The notes: generated by a model not told the origin, from the sequence alone. Shown: positions 12,829 to 24,992, counted from the whole stretch's first letter. The stretch is 60,848 nt of DNA, filler included, from Catajapyx aquilonaris (GCA_000934665.2; 2 parts of 2 records of this genome joined end to end with filler, not necessarily neighbours in it), one strand, 5' to 3'. Program-made: numbers and translations.

Positions 12829-13625
12829 GACACTGACACTGACTGTGAGTGTATAGGCACCAATAAATGGGTTGCCGCAATAAGCAGCACTGTTGCGGCA
12901 ACTATTTTGGCAGCAACCATACAAAATTAATTGCCATGACTATAGGGGTTTGTTTTTTCAGTGTACTATAGACATAGCGTACAGTACATAGGTATGCTGC
13001 ATTAAATAAGGTTTGATTTTTTTAAACCTACATTAGCAGATGTTGGCAGGCGGTTGACATTATTTTGCACTTTTGTTTACATTTTTTGGTGATACACGGA
13101 TAATCCGCAACAGGTAAGTTATACGTATAATTGGATGTCCAATATGTAATATTATTAATCTCTTTTGCCATTTCCTATTCTTCACTCTTGTGCATGTATC
13201 TACAGTGTCACAAGGTGAATTTGAAGGAGGGTACAGAATGACTCCTAGTGAGAATAGCCGAGAAGGGACATGTTAAGAGTGCTAATAACAATTCATTTAT
13301 TCACTCTCATAGAACAAACAAAATACCAGGCAAAAGTCCAGGGGAAAATACAAAAAATAAGGAAAAGGTAAATGGACGGCCGGGTTCAGTATGTTTAACA
13401 ACTCGAGGCAAGACTCTGTTTAAGAAAGATCAAGTGAGAATCCAAGATAAAATTGATAGGATATTACTACGGATTTTTCACTCACCATTATTAATTAGGT
13501 GTTGTCCTGAGTTTCTTGGGCAAAGAACTTCGATGCCATACCCAGATGTTCCATTCCCATAGCTGCTCTCCACCGTTTCCTGGAATTTCCGCAGCACTCG
13601 TTGACAGCCCAGGGCAGCTTAGTAT

Positions 13626-14092
13626 ATCCCACCAAAAACCTTTCTGTAAAAAAAGGCCAAGTTCTCCTGACTGCTTGGCCATCAAAAGTGGTGAGATCTG
13701 AAATACGGCCAAGTTCAAAGGCGTTGTCAATTACTGGCATTCTCAAATTCTTCAACCTAAACCACTAACTTTATTTTTCCAGGTAGACCTTAAGTTTAAT
13801 CATCAAAAAATTTTAATGTCATTTCTCCTGATGTCACTTGGCCATTGCTCATGTCCGAGATATTGTTGAATTCTACAACTCTTTCAATGTTTTAATAGCA
13901 ATGGCCAAGTGACATCAGGAGAAATGACATTAAATTTTTTTGATGATTAAACTTAAGGTCGACCTGGAAAAATAAAGTTAGTGGTTTAGGTTGAAGACTT
14001 TGAGAATGCCAGTAATGAGTACGACGTTGAACTTGGCCGTATTTCAGATCTCACCACTTGGCCTTTTTTCACAGAAAGGTTTTTGGTGGGAT
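13626..14092. repeat. Long inverted repeat (arms about 224 and 196 bp, 47-nt spacer)
   Basis: 13626-13849 is nearly the reverse complement of 13897-14092. Confidence 0.92.
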
Positions 14093-14922
14093 CTCACCTC
14101 TTTTTGTTGGCAGGAGTGTAAATTATAAGATAGCTCGGGGGGNGGGGGGCTACCGTTGGGCGTGGAAGCAATGGTCCGTACGTACAACTTCTGATTTTAT
14201 GATTTTCTTCTGCTTTCTCATAGTACGCTTCCTTTTTTTCTGTTCTGGTTGTGCGAATTGGACATCTGCTACACCTGATCGCATAGCCCATTCGCGATCC
14301 TTAACCACTTCTTCTGTCCGGGCGAATTTTCTTCGGGCGGATTTGCATCTTGTGTACTTGACGTTAAGAATGGTTCTCCATGTACGAGTAGTTTGGGGAA
14401 AACGCAACAAGCAGTAACAAGACTAGGTAACTCTCCTTTTTAAAGTTATTATTTTTATCCACTGTATGCATTTAATTCCTGAATGTCATCCCACATTTCC
14501 AGATTTGCCATGTGTCCTTGCAAATACGACTAGGAATGAAGCCCAACACAGAGACAGATTGGAAATATACTATTCTTTCAATCATTGCTTTTGGAGTGAG
14601 TTGGGATTGATTCCAACTGTGTACTCGTACTTTTACACAATCATCTTGTGTCACTTATGGTAAGCACGACACCAGAGAGCAAGTTATCACCAGAAAATAG
14701 TATGTGCCAAACAACAAGCTGCTAATGATGCAACTTATCAACTGCGATTGCTGCTGTACTCTGTTATCTTGTTAATCTGTTAAATGCACAATGAATGAGA
14801 CTCCAGGTGCCATCATAGCCTATTCACTTTGGGAAAATACATGAATGGAAATGATGTCTTGTATCATACCATATGTATGATACACACAATGGCATTCTTT
14901 GAAGATCAACATACCAATATGG

Positions 14923-15090
14923 TACCGTGTTGGACATAAATCGAGGCATATTGCTAGCGACATTTTTCGAAGGGACAGAAGAAGGAATCGAAGATAAGGA
15001 TACTTCAAGCTGGGCGAGCAAGATTCCTTCTTCTGCCGCTTCGGAAAATGTCGCTGGAATTATATGCCTCGATTTATGTGCAACACTGTA
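14923..15090. mobile_element. Hairpin MITE, TA-flanked (Tc1/pogo-like)
   Basis: About 65-bp imperfect arms GTGTTGGACATAAATCGAGGCATA.. / ..TATGCCTCGATTTATGTGCAACAC. Confidence 0.7.
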
Positions 15091-15214
15091 CTGTACAAGT
15101 AAAAGGCAAAAATTAAGGTTACAACTATAGTATGTAAATCAGTATAGGTTCCCAACCCCTGGGTAGCGACTCGAACCCAGTGGGGTTATCTTATCGATGT
15201 TTACCTGGTTACCG

Positions 15215-15510
15215 GATGGTTGGTTGGTTGGTAGGAAGGGTTACCCAGCTTGTATGGCTCTGTCTGAGTCGAGCCTTGGCAGCCGGGGGTAGGAGAGGAA
15301 GGTGTGGGATTGCAAGGTAGGGGTGGGTGAGAAGGGTGGGGGAGAGGAGGGCTGGCTCCGGCTGTACTGCAATGCCGGGTCCAACCCAGGGACGGGGGTG
15401 GGATATTCTCCCAAGCACCCCGTCCGACCAAGAAATGCGATTCAGGTCCGAGGACCGCTCGAGGAAGAGAGTACCGTCGCTGGCGAACCAGCCGGGACCT
15501 CAAGCTTATA
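15215..15510 (-). mobile_element. Probable retroposon (SINE/LINE 3' end) with (CCAA)n tail, just upstream of the UGT
   Basis: GC-rich block, C-rich on the minus strand, ending in CCAACCAACCAACC. No Pol III head recognised. Confidence 0.4.
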
Positions 15511-15587
15511 ATAATAGCCGGGATTGAGCAGAGTCGGCGTTGATTTTAATAACTTTACTACTTTACAGCGTGATAACTGCCTTCACC

Positions 15588-18025
15588 ATGAAGAGCACAG
15601 CCATATTCCTGTTGGGCGTGTTGTCACTGGCTGCTGTTCTTCAGTCTGCAGCCTCGGCCCGGATCCTGATCCTGTTCCTCTTCGGCAGCAAGAGCCACAA
15701 GAATTTTGCTAAGCCCATCGCCAAGGCATTGGCCGAGAAGGGACATGACATTGTCTTTGTGTCGCCTTACCGAGACAAAGAAGAGGTTCCAAGAATCAAA
15801 CAGATAGTGGTGGACACTGGCCTAGACAAATTGGCTGTCCACATGCCTAACATGTTCGAGTTGAGGGAATCCAGCAGTGACCTGACACCGCTGATACCTT
15901 TCTTGATGGTGGACTTTTTCGAAAGTGTCAGCAAAGTGGCTTTCGAGCATCCAGATGTCAAGGCCCTGACCTCCAATCCGAAACAGTTTGACCTGATCAT
16001 GTCCAACGGCTTCTTAAACGAACTGGCCTATGGAATTTTGCACAAACTGGAAGCCCCAGTCATATTACTGGAACCTGCCAGTGCTACCAACTGGCAGTCG
16101 GAGTCGTTCGGAAGCCCCGAGCCTCTTTCTCACATTCCAAACATCTTTCTGAAGCTTCCGGAGAGAATGAACTTCTGGCAACGTACCTTCAATGTCATAT
16201 TTACTGGAGCTTTAACCCTTAACTGGCATCCTCATTTAGCCATGCTTAACTGGTATCGTGGGGTCCTTTTTGGACCCCACGTCGTTTTTTCGATTACAAA
16301 CTTACATTAACAAAAAAATCAAAATATAAATGCTTCCAAAATTCGGCCGGGACTATAAGTGGCAGATAGAAAAAAAAATTGACCTCCTCTGACCCTTGGT
16401 TAACTGATGAGGCGGTGTTTACTGTTTACCCGTATCTCACGTTAGTGACCCAGCAGCTGTAATGGTAGTCTCCTTACAATACTATACATAGATATTTTTT
16501 TTTACACCTCGGCAATTTTTTATGCTTGCTACATCATGAATTTGCCGTGTCTATTTTTTAGGGTCGGAAAAAACTGGTCGCTAACTGGTAACGTGGGGTC
16601 CTTTTTGGACCCCAAGACGACTAGTGAGCGTTTAAATGACGTTAACTCCCTCTCGAAATTTTTTTCGTTGCTCATAATTTTTTTTCAGGTGCGAAAGAGT
16701 ATATTTCAGGAATATAGGTGTGGGAATTTTCATTTTGACAAAAACCTGCTTCAAGGTGGTGACATAAATATACCCTGGGGTCCAAAAAGGACCCCACGAT
16801 ACCAATTAAGGGTTAAAAATTATCAGGGAATTGTACTACCTACCAAAGGTCCGCAGCATGGTCAGCACGTATTATGACGATGTCCCATGTCTCCTGGAAG
16901 TGGAGAGGAATGCAAGTCTGTTGCTAACTAATGGTCATTACATATTGAATACCCCTCGGCCTCATGTTCCTGCAATTGTTGAAGTCGGAGGTCTGCACTG
17001 CGTACCTCCAAAACCTCTGCCTAAGGTAATTAAATTGTACGTCTGTAGCACACATTCTTACTCTGTTTTAAACTATACAGCTTCCAGAGTAAGTATAATT
17101 TTCCATTACTACTCACGTATAATTGACTGAATTTTTTAAATGCAGGATCTGGCTGATTTCGTGGCAAGTTCCGGAGACCATGGATTTATCTTGTTCAGTT
17201 TAGGATCCGTGGTGCAGGGGAGTACCATGCCAGAAAAAATTCCCAACGCTTTTGTAGAGGTCTTCTCCAAATTACCTCAAAAAGTCATATGGAAGTGGGA
17301 GAAAGGAACAATTAAGGGACTGCCATCCAATGTGAAGTTGGTCCAGTGGGCTCCTCAACAGGTTTGACACGCAGGCGATATTGACAATATGACATACTGG
17401 ACACTATTACAACTTAAAATTATTCCTCAGGTCATCCCAAATGCAAGGCATTTATAACCCATGGAGGCCTTCTCAGCACTCAGGAGGCGACGTATCATGG
17501 AGTACCATTGATTGGAATTCCATTTTTCGGAGATCAGGACACCAATCTGTGGAAGGCCGAGAGAGCCGGATACGCCGTTAAGCTCGAACTAGGCTCTCTT
17601 TCGAAGGAGACCATTCAGGCAGCCCTCAACAAGGTCCTCAACAACAAAAGGTTATTGTTCTGTCAATATTGCTGCTGTTATACTGAATTTTTCAATACTG
17701 ATGCTTACTAATATTATTTTTTAGCTTCAAAAGTAGAGCGAATGAGGTGTCCAGCGTCTTTAGGGATCAACACACCAAACCACTGGACAGAGCCGTTTTT
17801 TGGATAGAGTATGTGATGCGGCACAAAGGAGCCCAGCACCTTCGACCTGGTTCTATGGAACTGAACTGGTTCCAAGTGAACTTATTGGACTTGTTGTTAT
17901 TCCTGGCTGTAGCTGTTGGCACAGTGCTCTTTGTATTGGTGACGTGTCTGCGATTCACGTGTCGAAAATTGTGCGGCGGAAATAAGGCTTCCAAAGTTCC
18001 CCAAAGAAAGCAGAAGCGCCAGTAG
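15588..18025 (+). pseudogene. UDP-glycosyltransferase (insect UGT family), apparently disrupted
   Basis: Signal peptide, catalytic His (GSKSH), signature WAPQQ...GHPKCKAFITHGGLLSTQEATYHGVPLIGIPFFGDQ, C-terminal TM and KQKRQ ER-retrieval end. Coding blocks 15588-16215 + 16817-17025, 17146-17361, 17431-17650, 17725-18025. MITE in exon 1 and a phase mismatch at the exon 2/3 junction. Confidence 0.8.
16216..16812. mobile_element. piggyBac-type MITE inserted in UGT exon 1
   Basis: TTAA TSD at 16212-16215 and 16813-16816, CCC...GGG termini, TIR CCCTTAAyTGG..TATCGTGGGGTCCTTTTTGGACCCCA. Excision restores the frame (FTGALKIIRELYYLPKV). Confidence 0.92.
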
Positions 18026-18812
18026 GCCTACTGGTAAAAGGGCCAAATGAATTGCTACAATTTTTGCCTTAATAAAAAATTAGAATTTGACGTAATATCC
18101 CAATTAATTGCAATCAATTTCTCCTATTTTGCATTAAATAATAATAATTGATTTTGATGACCATCTCTCACCCAACCACGCAAAATTTCATAACTCTCGT
18201 CAATTTTGACTAATTTTGATGGAACTTAAAATGTCAGAAGCAAAAGAATCGATCTTTTATCATAATTTTAGTTCAAGGCAGGAAAATGAACATTGGCCGA
18301 CTTGCCTCGGTGTGCTGAAGTAAGTAGTGAGCAGACACACATTGACCACGATTATGTCAAAGTGTACGCGACCGGCACCGTTATATGATAAAAATTTCGA
18401 AGTAAATTTAATGTAAATGCTTCATCATTCATCATCCCTATATGTATCAACTGCATGTTCATGTGCTATTCTGCCTGTCAACAGCAGCACTGTGGATTGT
18501 TGCCAGTGTCTGCAGGAGCAGACTAATGTGTTTGGTCGTCCACGGGTCCACTTTGTAAAAGGTTAGCCCCCACTCGACATTTATCCCCCCTACATTTTCG
18601 ACTTGTTTTGGGTCAACGAGCATGGTGGGGGCAAATATTCCACTAGTAACAAACACCCCGTGTAGAATAACTTTAAGGACGTATTCTCATGTTATACAGG
18701 GTGTTCATGAAAAACACCGACAAACCTATATCACCTCCGACAGTATAAGTCAAATGCCGACCTTTTTGGAGAATATCCCATTGCTGTGTTCTTGTTACTG
18801 ACAATCCGTTAA

Positions 18813-19319
18813 AGGGACACTCCACTCAAAATGCAAGTTGGGCTCTAAAAATCGGGCAAGAAATCCTGATTCCGAGTGTATCAGCAGTTTTTCTGAGAGA
18901 CGAACGGTAAGGCCAGAGCGAGCCGTCAAAGTTAGGCAATTCGAATCTGGCGCAAAACAGCAGCGCCTCCTCCGGGACTGCCCGGGACTGGGCAGAAATT
19001 TGGATATTCTTGCGCCATCTTGATCCACGCCATGGTCCGCGCCATCTTTGGTCCGTCCCACAGGTTTATCCCGCCACCTCTTGACCCGACCCGACTTTCA
19101 GTACTGTATCACTTTCGCCTAGTGCCCGGTGGCGGCGCTCACGGCGGTGGCGGACTGGGCTGGCGGGGCAGCTCATTAGCAGACGACGCAAATTCTGAGT
19201 CTTTAACGCCTCGTCCTGGCTTTTCTGTTCCGCGTAGAAAAAAACCGATTGCACTTTCGGAATCTGGATTTTTTGCCCGATTTTTAGAGCCCAACTTGCA
19301 TTTTGAGTGGAGTGTCCCT
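18813..19319. mobile_element. Kolobok-type MITE
   Basis: TTAA TSD and AGGGACACTCCACTCAAAATGCAAGTTGGGCTCTAAAAATCGGGCAA TIRs. Sister copy at 37274-37704. Confidence 0.88.
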
Positions 19320-21512
19320 TTAATAATATTGTAGCCTTTTCTGTATGTTATTCAATTCATTTCCATTTCACCTTTTGGCATTCAACCTTTGAACATAATA
19401 ATTATGTAGACTGAACTCCGGGGTACAGAGTATTGCATACACTTGGCTCTTTAGTTAATATTTTGTGAATAACATCAACATTCATCCAATTTGCGAATAC
19501 TGCTGTGGAGGCCTGCTGACTCCCACAGGTAAAGTTTGAACGTCTTGTATATCCTTGTTTAAAATTTTCAGGTTGACAGTGAGCAATAATAAAAGAAGGC
19601 CAATAAAAATCTACCTTTCATGAGTTTATATTACCATTTATAACATACTGTATAGTATGCAATGTATCATTGATAGCCGTGAGAAGCACATTTTAGTATT
19701 TATAATTAGTATGTGGAGCAAGTAATGTGTTGTACCCGGCAAGAAATTTTATGGGCCACCTTCAAGTTTTATTTAGGTCGTCAGGTGAACTCTACTTTTC
19801 AACCCGTTTGGTGACATCATTATGTTTATTATTATGAAAGCCGTTGTTGCCACTTGATCAGAACTATTATGATAACCGATAATATTGTATTGTATGGCCA
19901 ATCATTGGTTTCCGAATTAATTATAAGCTTATAACTTATAATGTTTAATAGTGTTAACAAAATTAGCGCAATTCATACACCATGTGTGTTTTTGTTATAT
20001 TATTGCATTCGTTTCCACATTTCACCTTGAGATGTTATTATGTAATGCCATTATGTTAAGTGGTAGTCACCATTACTCAAAACATAAAATATTGTGGTGG
20101 TTTGTTTTATCAGTGCTCACTGCTGCGCACCGGCCTGTTGTAACATTAGCTTACACTGCTTGATAGATATCTCGTCATTTCAATAATGATTTGAAACTTA
20201 CCTTGACGATACCAGGTAAGTGGTGAGCTTTGCAGTACAACCGCACCATATCGGCAACGTGATGTGTATAAGTGGCAATCATATGAAATAATATATGTAT
20301 ACCTTACACGTTTAAAGGGCAATAACATTAGTCTAATATTATGCGTCTGTTGACCCAGGGTGAGCAATTCTTAAAGTTCACAGCACGACCTTTGTTAACG
20401 AAGTATATTTGAGTATGAAGAAGACTTACTACTAAACGCTTTTTATCCACAACATTTAGTCTACAAGCTGTAATTTTTTGTTTTAATAGGTTCTTGGAAC
20501 AAAATGCGTCTCATACCAATTGAATCGCATTTGAAATCGCATCAGAAAAAAAGAGCATTCAATAGAGATTAAAGCCGCAGAAGGTGTCAGGAATGCACAT
20601 GCCAACAGAAGAGGCCTTATATGAAGGACGTGGTCCAGGAAAAAATTGCTGAATTTTTAAAACAATATTCTGGCAAAGTAGTATGTAGCTGAAGAGGATG
20701 ACTAATATTGCAGTGCAATACAGTAGAGTAAAAGTACGTAACTATGCTGCTAAAAGTATATAACTTACAACTAAAGAACGGATTTTTAGGTTCTCAAAAT
20801 GACCCGGTGAGCCCTTTTTAGGGGCTACAAATGCACCGAATTTCAAGAAAATCAGTGAGTTTTCGGCATTTACGAATTGACCTCTGGCTCCCAAAAAAGT
20901 GTCACCGGGTCATTTTGAGCAAGTCATTTTAGGTGTTTTTTCATCCCTTGGGGTGGGCTACCAATGTACCGATTTTCAAGAAAATCAGTGAGTCCTTGGA
21001 AAGTGTCCCACGTGAGTTCGAGATGTCATATTTTGACCTTGCATGGTTCCGCCAAAACAGTTTGCATTTTGTTTAATAACTTACCTGCCTATATTATTGT
21101 GCCAAGTTTCATTCAGCAACTTCATTAGCAACACTCTTACAGTTCCCTTGTGAGATGTGACGAATCTTTCCCTATGCTAAGAGAGCCCCTCCTCTCCCCC
21201 ACCCATAACCACGAGATTGAGTCAGCAGCAGGATCAATAACACTGGTCCAAATATCGAAAAATTACCATCATTTGACCACGTCTTTTAATAGACATAACT
21301 CGTTTAAAGCTCCATTGAGAGAACATCAGGTTGGATAAAGTTATTGAAATGTCCCCTTGTCGAAATTGGATATGAGTAACATAGTTGGATCAATTTATTA
21401 TTGCACAGGTGTTGGTTAAAAAGGTAGCCTACGACGCAATAATTTTTTTCGCTTTCTACCCATGACATTGGGGGAAGATGCCAAGTGGTATTAATGTAGG
21501 GGCAGGATGCAG

Positions 21513-21650
21513 TTTTAATAACCTACTACTTTACAGCGTGATAACTGCCTTCACCATGAAGAGTACAGCCCTATTCCTGTTGGGCGTGTTATCATTCGCT
21601 GCTGTTCTTCAGTCTGCAGCCTCGTCCCGCATCCTGATCCTGTTCCTCTT
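21513..21650 (+). pseudogene. Truncated duplicate of the UGT 5' end (acceptor, ATG at 21556, signal peptide)
   Basis: Near-identical to about 15545-15682 (MKSTALFLLGVLSFAAVLQSAASSRILILFL). Cut off by a foldback element. Confidence 0.88.
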
Positions 21651-22074
21651 ACCACTCAAAACGGCGAAACACTTTTGACACGTTTTTGGGTGTCAGGTGA
21701 CACGCAAAAACGTGTCAGAAACGTGTCAGGTAATTTTGTCAAAGCGTTTTGTGTCAATTGACACACATCTGTGTCATATGCGATATGGCATGCAGGATAT
21801 ACTAATTCTGTTGTGTCATATGACACGTCAAAACGTGTTACTGGTGGGATGACACATATATGTGTGTCATATATGTCATATGTGGGCGTAGTGTCAGAAC
21901 GGCATTTATCCCTTTTTGGGGTTTTCCCCCGGTCCACACCTTCCGGCCAGAACCTATCGTCCTGGTCCTTCTTCCCCACTTTGGTTTTTGGCCAGGAAGT
22001 TGCATGTGCCATAATATGTGTGAGGTGATAGTGCTGTGTTTGTGTTTTTATTAACTTCGGTCAAAGTATATATA

Positions 22075-22400
22075 CGAGGTGTGATCCAAAATTCTCCGGA
22101 TTTTTCATATACCGTGCAAACCAGAGATGTATGAACTTGTGACGCTAAGGGGGCGATAGATGCACCTTTCAGCTATTGATCTGAAAAATATAATCTTCGT
22201 AGGTGCACATGTTTCTGAGTTTCGGCAGTTTTCTTGACACCGTGTTCTTGTGTTCTGCGATTTTTCGAAATGGCTGATGTTATGGATTTGCGTCAAATTT
22301 TGCATCAAGCTCAAAGAAACTTCGGCCGCAGCCCACCAAATGCTGACCAAGGCGTTTGATGAGCAAGCTGTGAACCAAGCAATAATACATACATGGTTAG
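22075..22400 (+). mobile_element. mariner 5' fragment (TIR plus N-terminal HTH)
   Basis: TA|CGAGGTGTGATCCAAAA start. ICVKFCIKLKETSAAAHQMLTKAFDEQAVNQAIIHTW resembles the mariner N-terminal HTH. Confidence 0.8.
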
Positions 22401-22926
22401 CTTATTCTACAAAAATTCATACAATCATGTGTTAGTTATGGTTTGCAAGCTATATATGGCTTGTCGAACCGACCGATGTAGAATGTTACTAAAATTCACT
22501 TTGCATGCTCAGTATATTATCTGCAGCAGTTAGCACCACTTTTCTACCTTATTTGTAAAGAGATAAGAAGACGCTTTAATTTGACACCAAAAGTAGCCAA
22601 ATCGGTGAGAAAATAAGGAGAATACGATAATTTTTCTAAACTGGTAACGCAGAAAATGTGACAGCCTGAATCGCAACAAAATGGACATTTTCTAAAATTT
22701 CTCCTAAACCCAATTTTGGACTTAAAATATGAATTAAGTGATTTGGTGTTATCTATAAGTAGCTGCTCATGTTAAAATTTTGAAACAACATCTCTGACAG
22801 TGTGACGTGAGAGCATACGGTTTAACATTAAAATCAGGTGATCTGCCGAGGAATGACCCAAATTCGAAATAATGTTTCATTCATTTAATGTTGGGAGTAT
22901 TGTGTATAATTATACACATGTTTATG

Positions 22927-22993
22927 TGATGATGATGATGATAATGACGATGACGATGACGATGACGATGATGATGATAACCATGATGATGAT
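22927..22993. repeat. (GAT/GAC)n microsatellite
   Basis: Directly visible trinucleotide run. Confidence 0.9.
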
Positions 22994-23261
22994 GTAGCGA
23001 CTTCTGCCATCCAGGACAGGTCCACGTCTCGCGGAACTCTCCAACAACCTTTGACGGCAGGGGTGTTAATAATGCATCCGGGTCAGCAAAGGGTAAATAA
23101 ATAAAAAATGCATCCGTATGTATACACATCTAAATGTAAAATGTCACTAGCAAATGACACCAACAAAAGTTTGTAATGATTTCATCTGCATAAACGAGTT
23201 AAAGTTTGAAAATGATTGTATTGATTGATTTGTTGCAATGTTTGAATAACTTGTTCATTAC

Positions 23262-24060
23262 TAGAGTCCGGATTTTTAGGCAAATGCCCATTTAGTTCCT
23301 TAACAGTTGAGATGGTTCTGTGCAGAGATCTATCCGTTTCGTAAGTGCAGGATGTGAAAAATGTAGGTTTTATAGTGCTGCTTAAAATTGCATATTTCGT
23401 GGATTTCGGAACTGTTTTGCCTCTTCTGGGTTTTTGCGACTTTCTATGCCTATATGGCCTTTTTGGGATAGATTTTGAAATTTTTGAAGCAATTTCGGGG
23501 CTTTTTGGGCATATTCTGGACCTATTCTTTCAGAGGCATGTTTGAATTTTTTTGCGGAGTATTTTTTGTCCTCCTGAAGTACCAAAATCGTTCAGAAGTA
23601 ATACGAATGATGTTGCCGTGACGCAACATATCGTGCCAGTGGAAACTGTCTATAAGCGGTAGAGTCCCGAGCAAGTGATGCTTGCATGCAGTTTGTGTCT
23701 TGTGCCTAAGTTTTGTGATTTCCTGTCAGTTTATCGTTGTTCTTCGGTTTTTGTTCTGGTTTGTGACGTTATATACATATATACTTTAGGTCTGTGGAAT
23801 CATTATAGTTTTTAAAATTCTTATGTAGTTTGTTTGTTTGTTTGTTTGTTTGATTACCCCGGCCTGGAGCAGGGCTCCTATGGGGGGACAAATTCTTATG
23901 TAGTAGCATTTTATCCTCCAGCATATGCCCGCAAAAGTAATATTTTGGTGCCTATTTTAGGTTTTTCATTATATGTGGGCGTAGTGTCAGAACGGCATTT
24001 ATCCTTTTTTGGGGGTTTTCCTATTTCGGGGTTTTTTCGTGCCTAAAAATGCGGACGCTA
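23262..24060. mobile_element. hAT-type MITE
   Basis: TIR TAGAGTCCGGATTTTTAGGCA / TGCCTAAAAATGCGGACGCTA, with perfect 8-bp TSD TTCATTAC. Confidence 0.88.
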
Positions 24061-24992
24061 TTCATTACAGCAGAGACAGTGTTTAGGCAAGAAAGGACGA
24101 CGATGACAAATAAACTGCTAATTTTTCTTTATTCCATAAGGTCTACCAATCGACACAGCAAAAGTGTGTCACCTGACCGCACCTGACATATTTTTGCTGT
24201 GTCGCTTTGTATACCTTATGTGCGTCATCTGACACACAGCGTTTTGTACGGAAAGCGGCACGAATAAGCGTGTGAATCTGGATGGCACACTAAAACGTGT
24301 CAGAAGACACGATTTACCGTGTTACTCCTTGACACAGACAAGCGTGTCAGTCAGGATGACACGTTTAAAATGTGTCAACTGACACGTGACAGCGTGTCGT
24401 TTTCTGTAAAAATTTTGACAGGTTTTAGTGTGTCAAAACATTTTGTGTGATACGCCCACCTATATGACACACTTATATGTGTCATCCCACCAGTACCCCG
24501 TTTTGACGTGTCATCTGACACAACAGAATTAGTATATCCTGCATGCCATATCACATGACAGATGACAGATGTGTGTCAATTGACACAAAACGCTTAGAGA
24601 AAATTACCTGACACGTTTCTGACAGGTTTTTGCGTGTCAGCGGACACACAAAAACGTGTCAAAAGTGTGTCGCCGGTTTGTGTGGGTCGGCGGGGATAAA
24701 TGCCGTTTTGACAGTTCTGACACTATAGTGTCAGAACGGCATTTAACCCCGCCCACCCCTTCCGGCCAGTACGGTTCTCGCATCTCATCTCATCTCGCTC
24801 GTCCTGGTCCTCTCCTCCACTTTGGTTTTTGGTCAGGAAGTTGCATCAGTGTGCCATAATATATGTGTGAGGTGATAGTGCTGTGTCTATGTTTTTATTA
24901 ACTTCGGTCAAAGTATATAAGTGTATCGAATCTGAATTGCTGTGACGTGTGACTGTCATTATCTGTTTTGCCTAACAGTCCAAGTGCATAAG

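Larger units (their letters stand above)
21652..24687. mobile_element. Foldback-like element with about 240-bp TGACAC-rich inverted arms and nested insertions
   Basis: About 21652-21890 is the reverse complement of about 24450-24687. Many TGACAC/GTGTCA subrepeats. Confidence 0.8.

Noticed and set aside
14150..14410. K/R-rich 86-aa minus-strand ORF
   Set aside because: No recognisable family or splice context; probably TE debris.
17445..17447. Alternative AAG acceptor restoring the UGT frame
   Set aside because: Would delete DxLGHPKCK from the UDP-sugar-binding signature, so it is unlikely to give an active enzyme.
21680..21890. TGACAC/GTGTCA repeats and the CGAT repeats at 30230-30439 as CRISPR-like arrays
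   Set aside because: No constant repeat with unique spacers; they are transposon subterminal repeats in a eukaryote.
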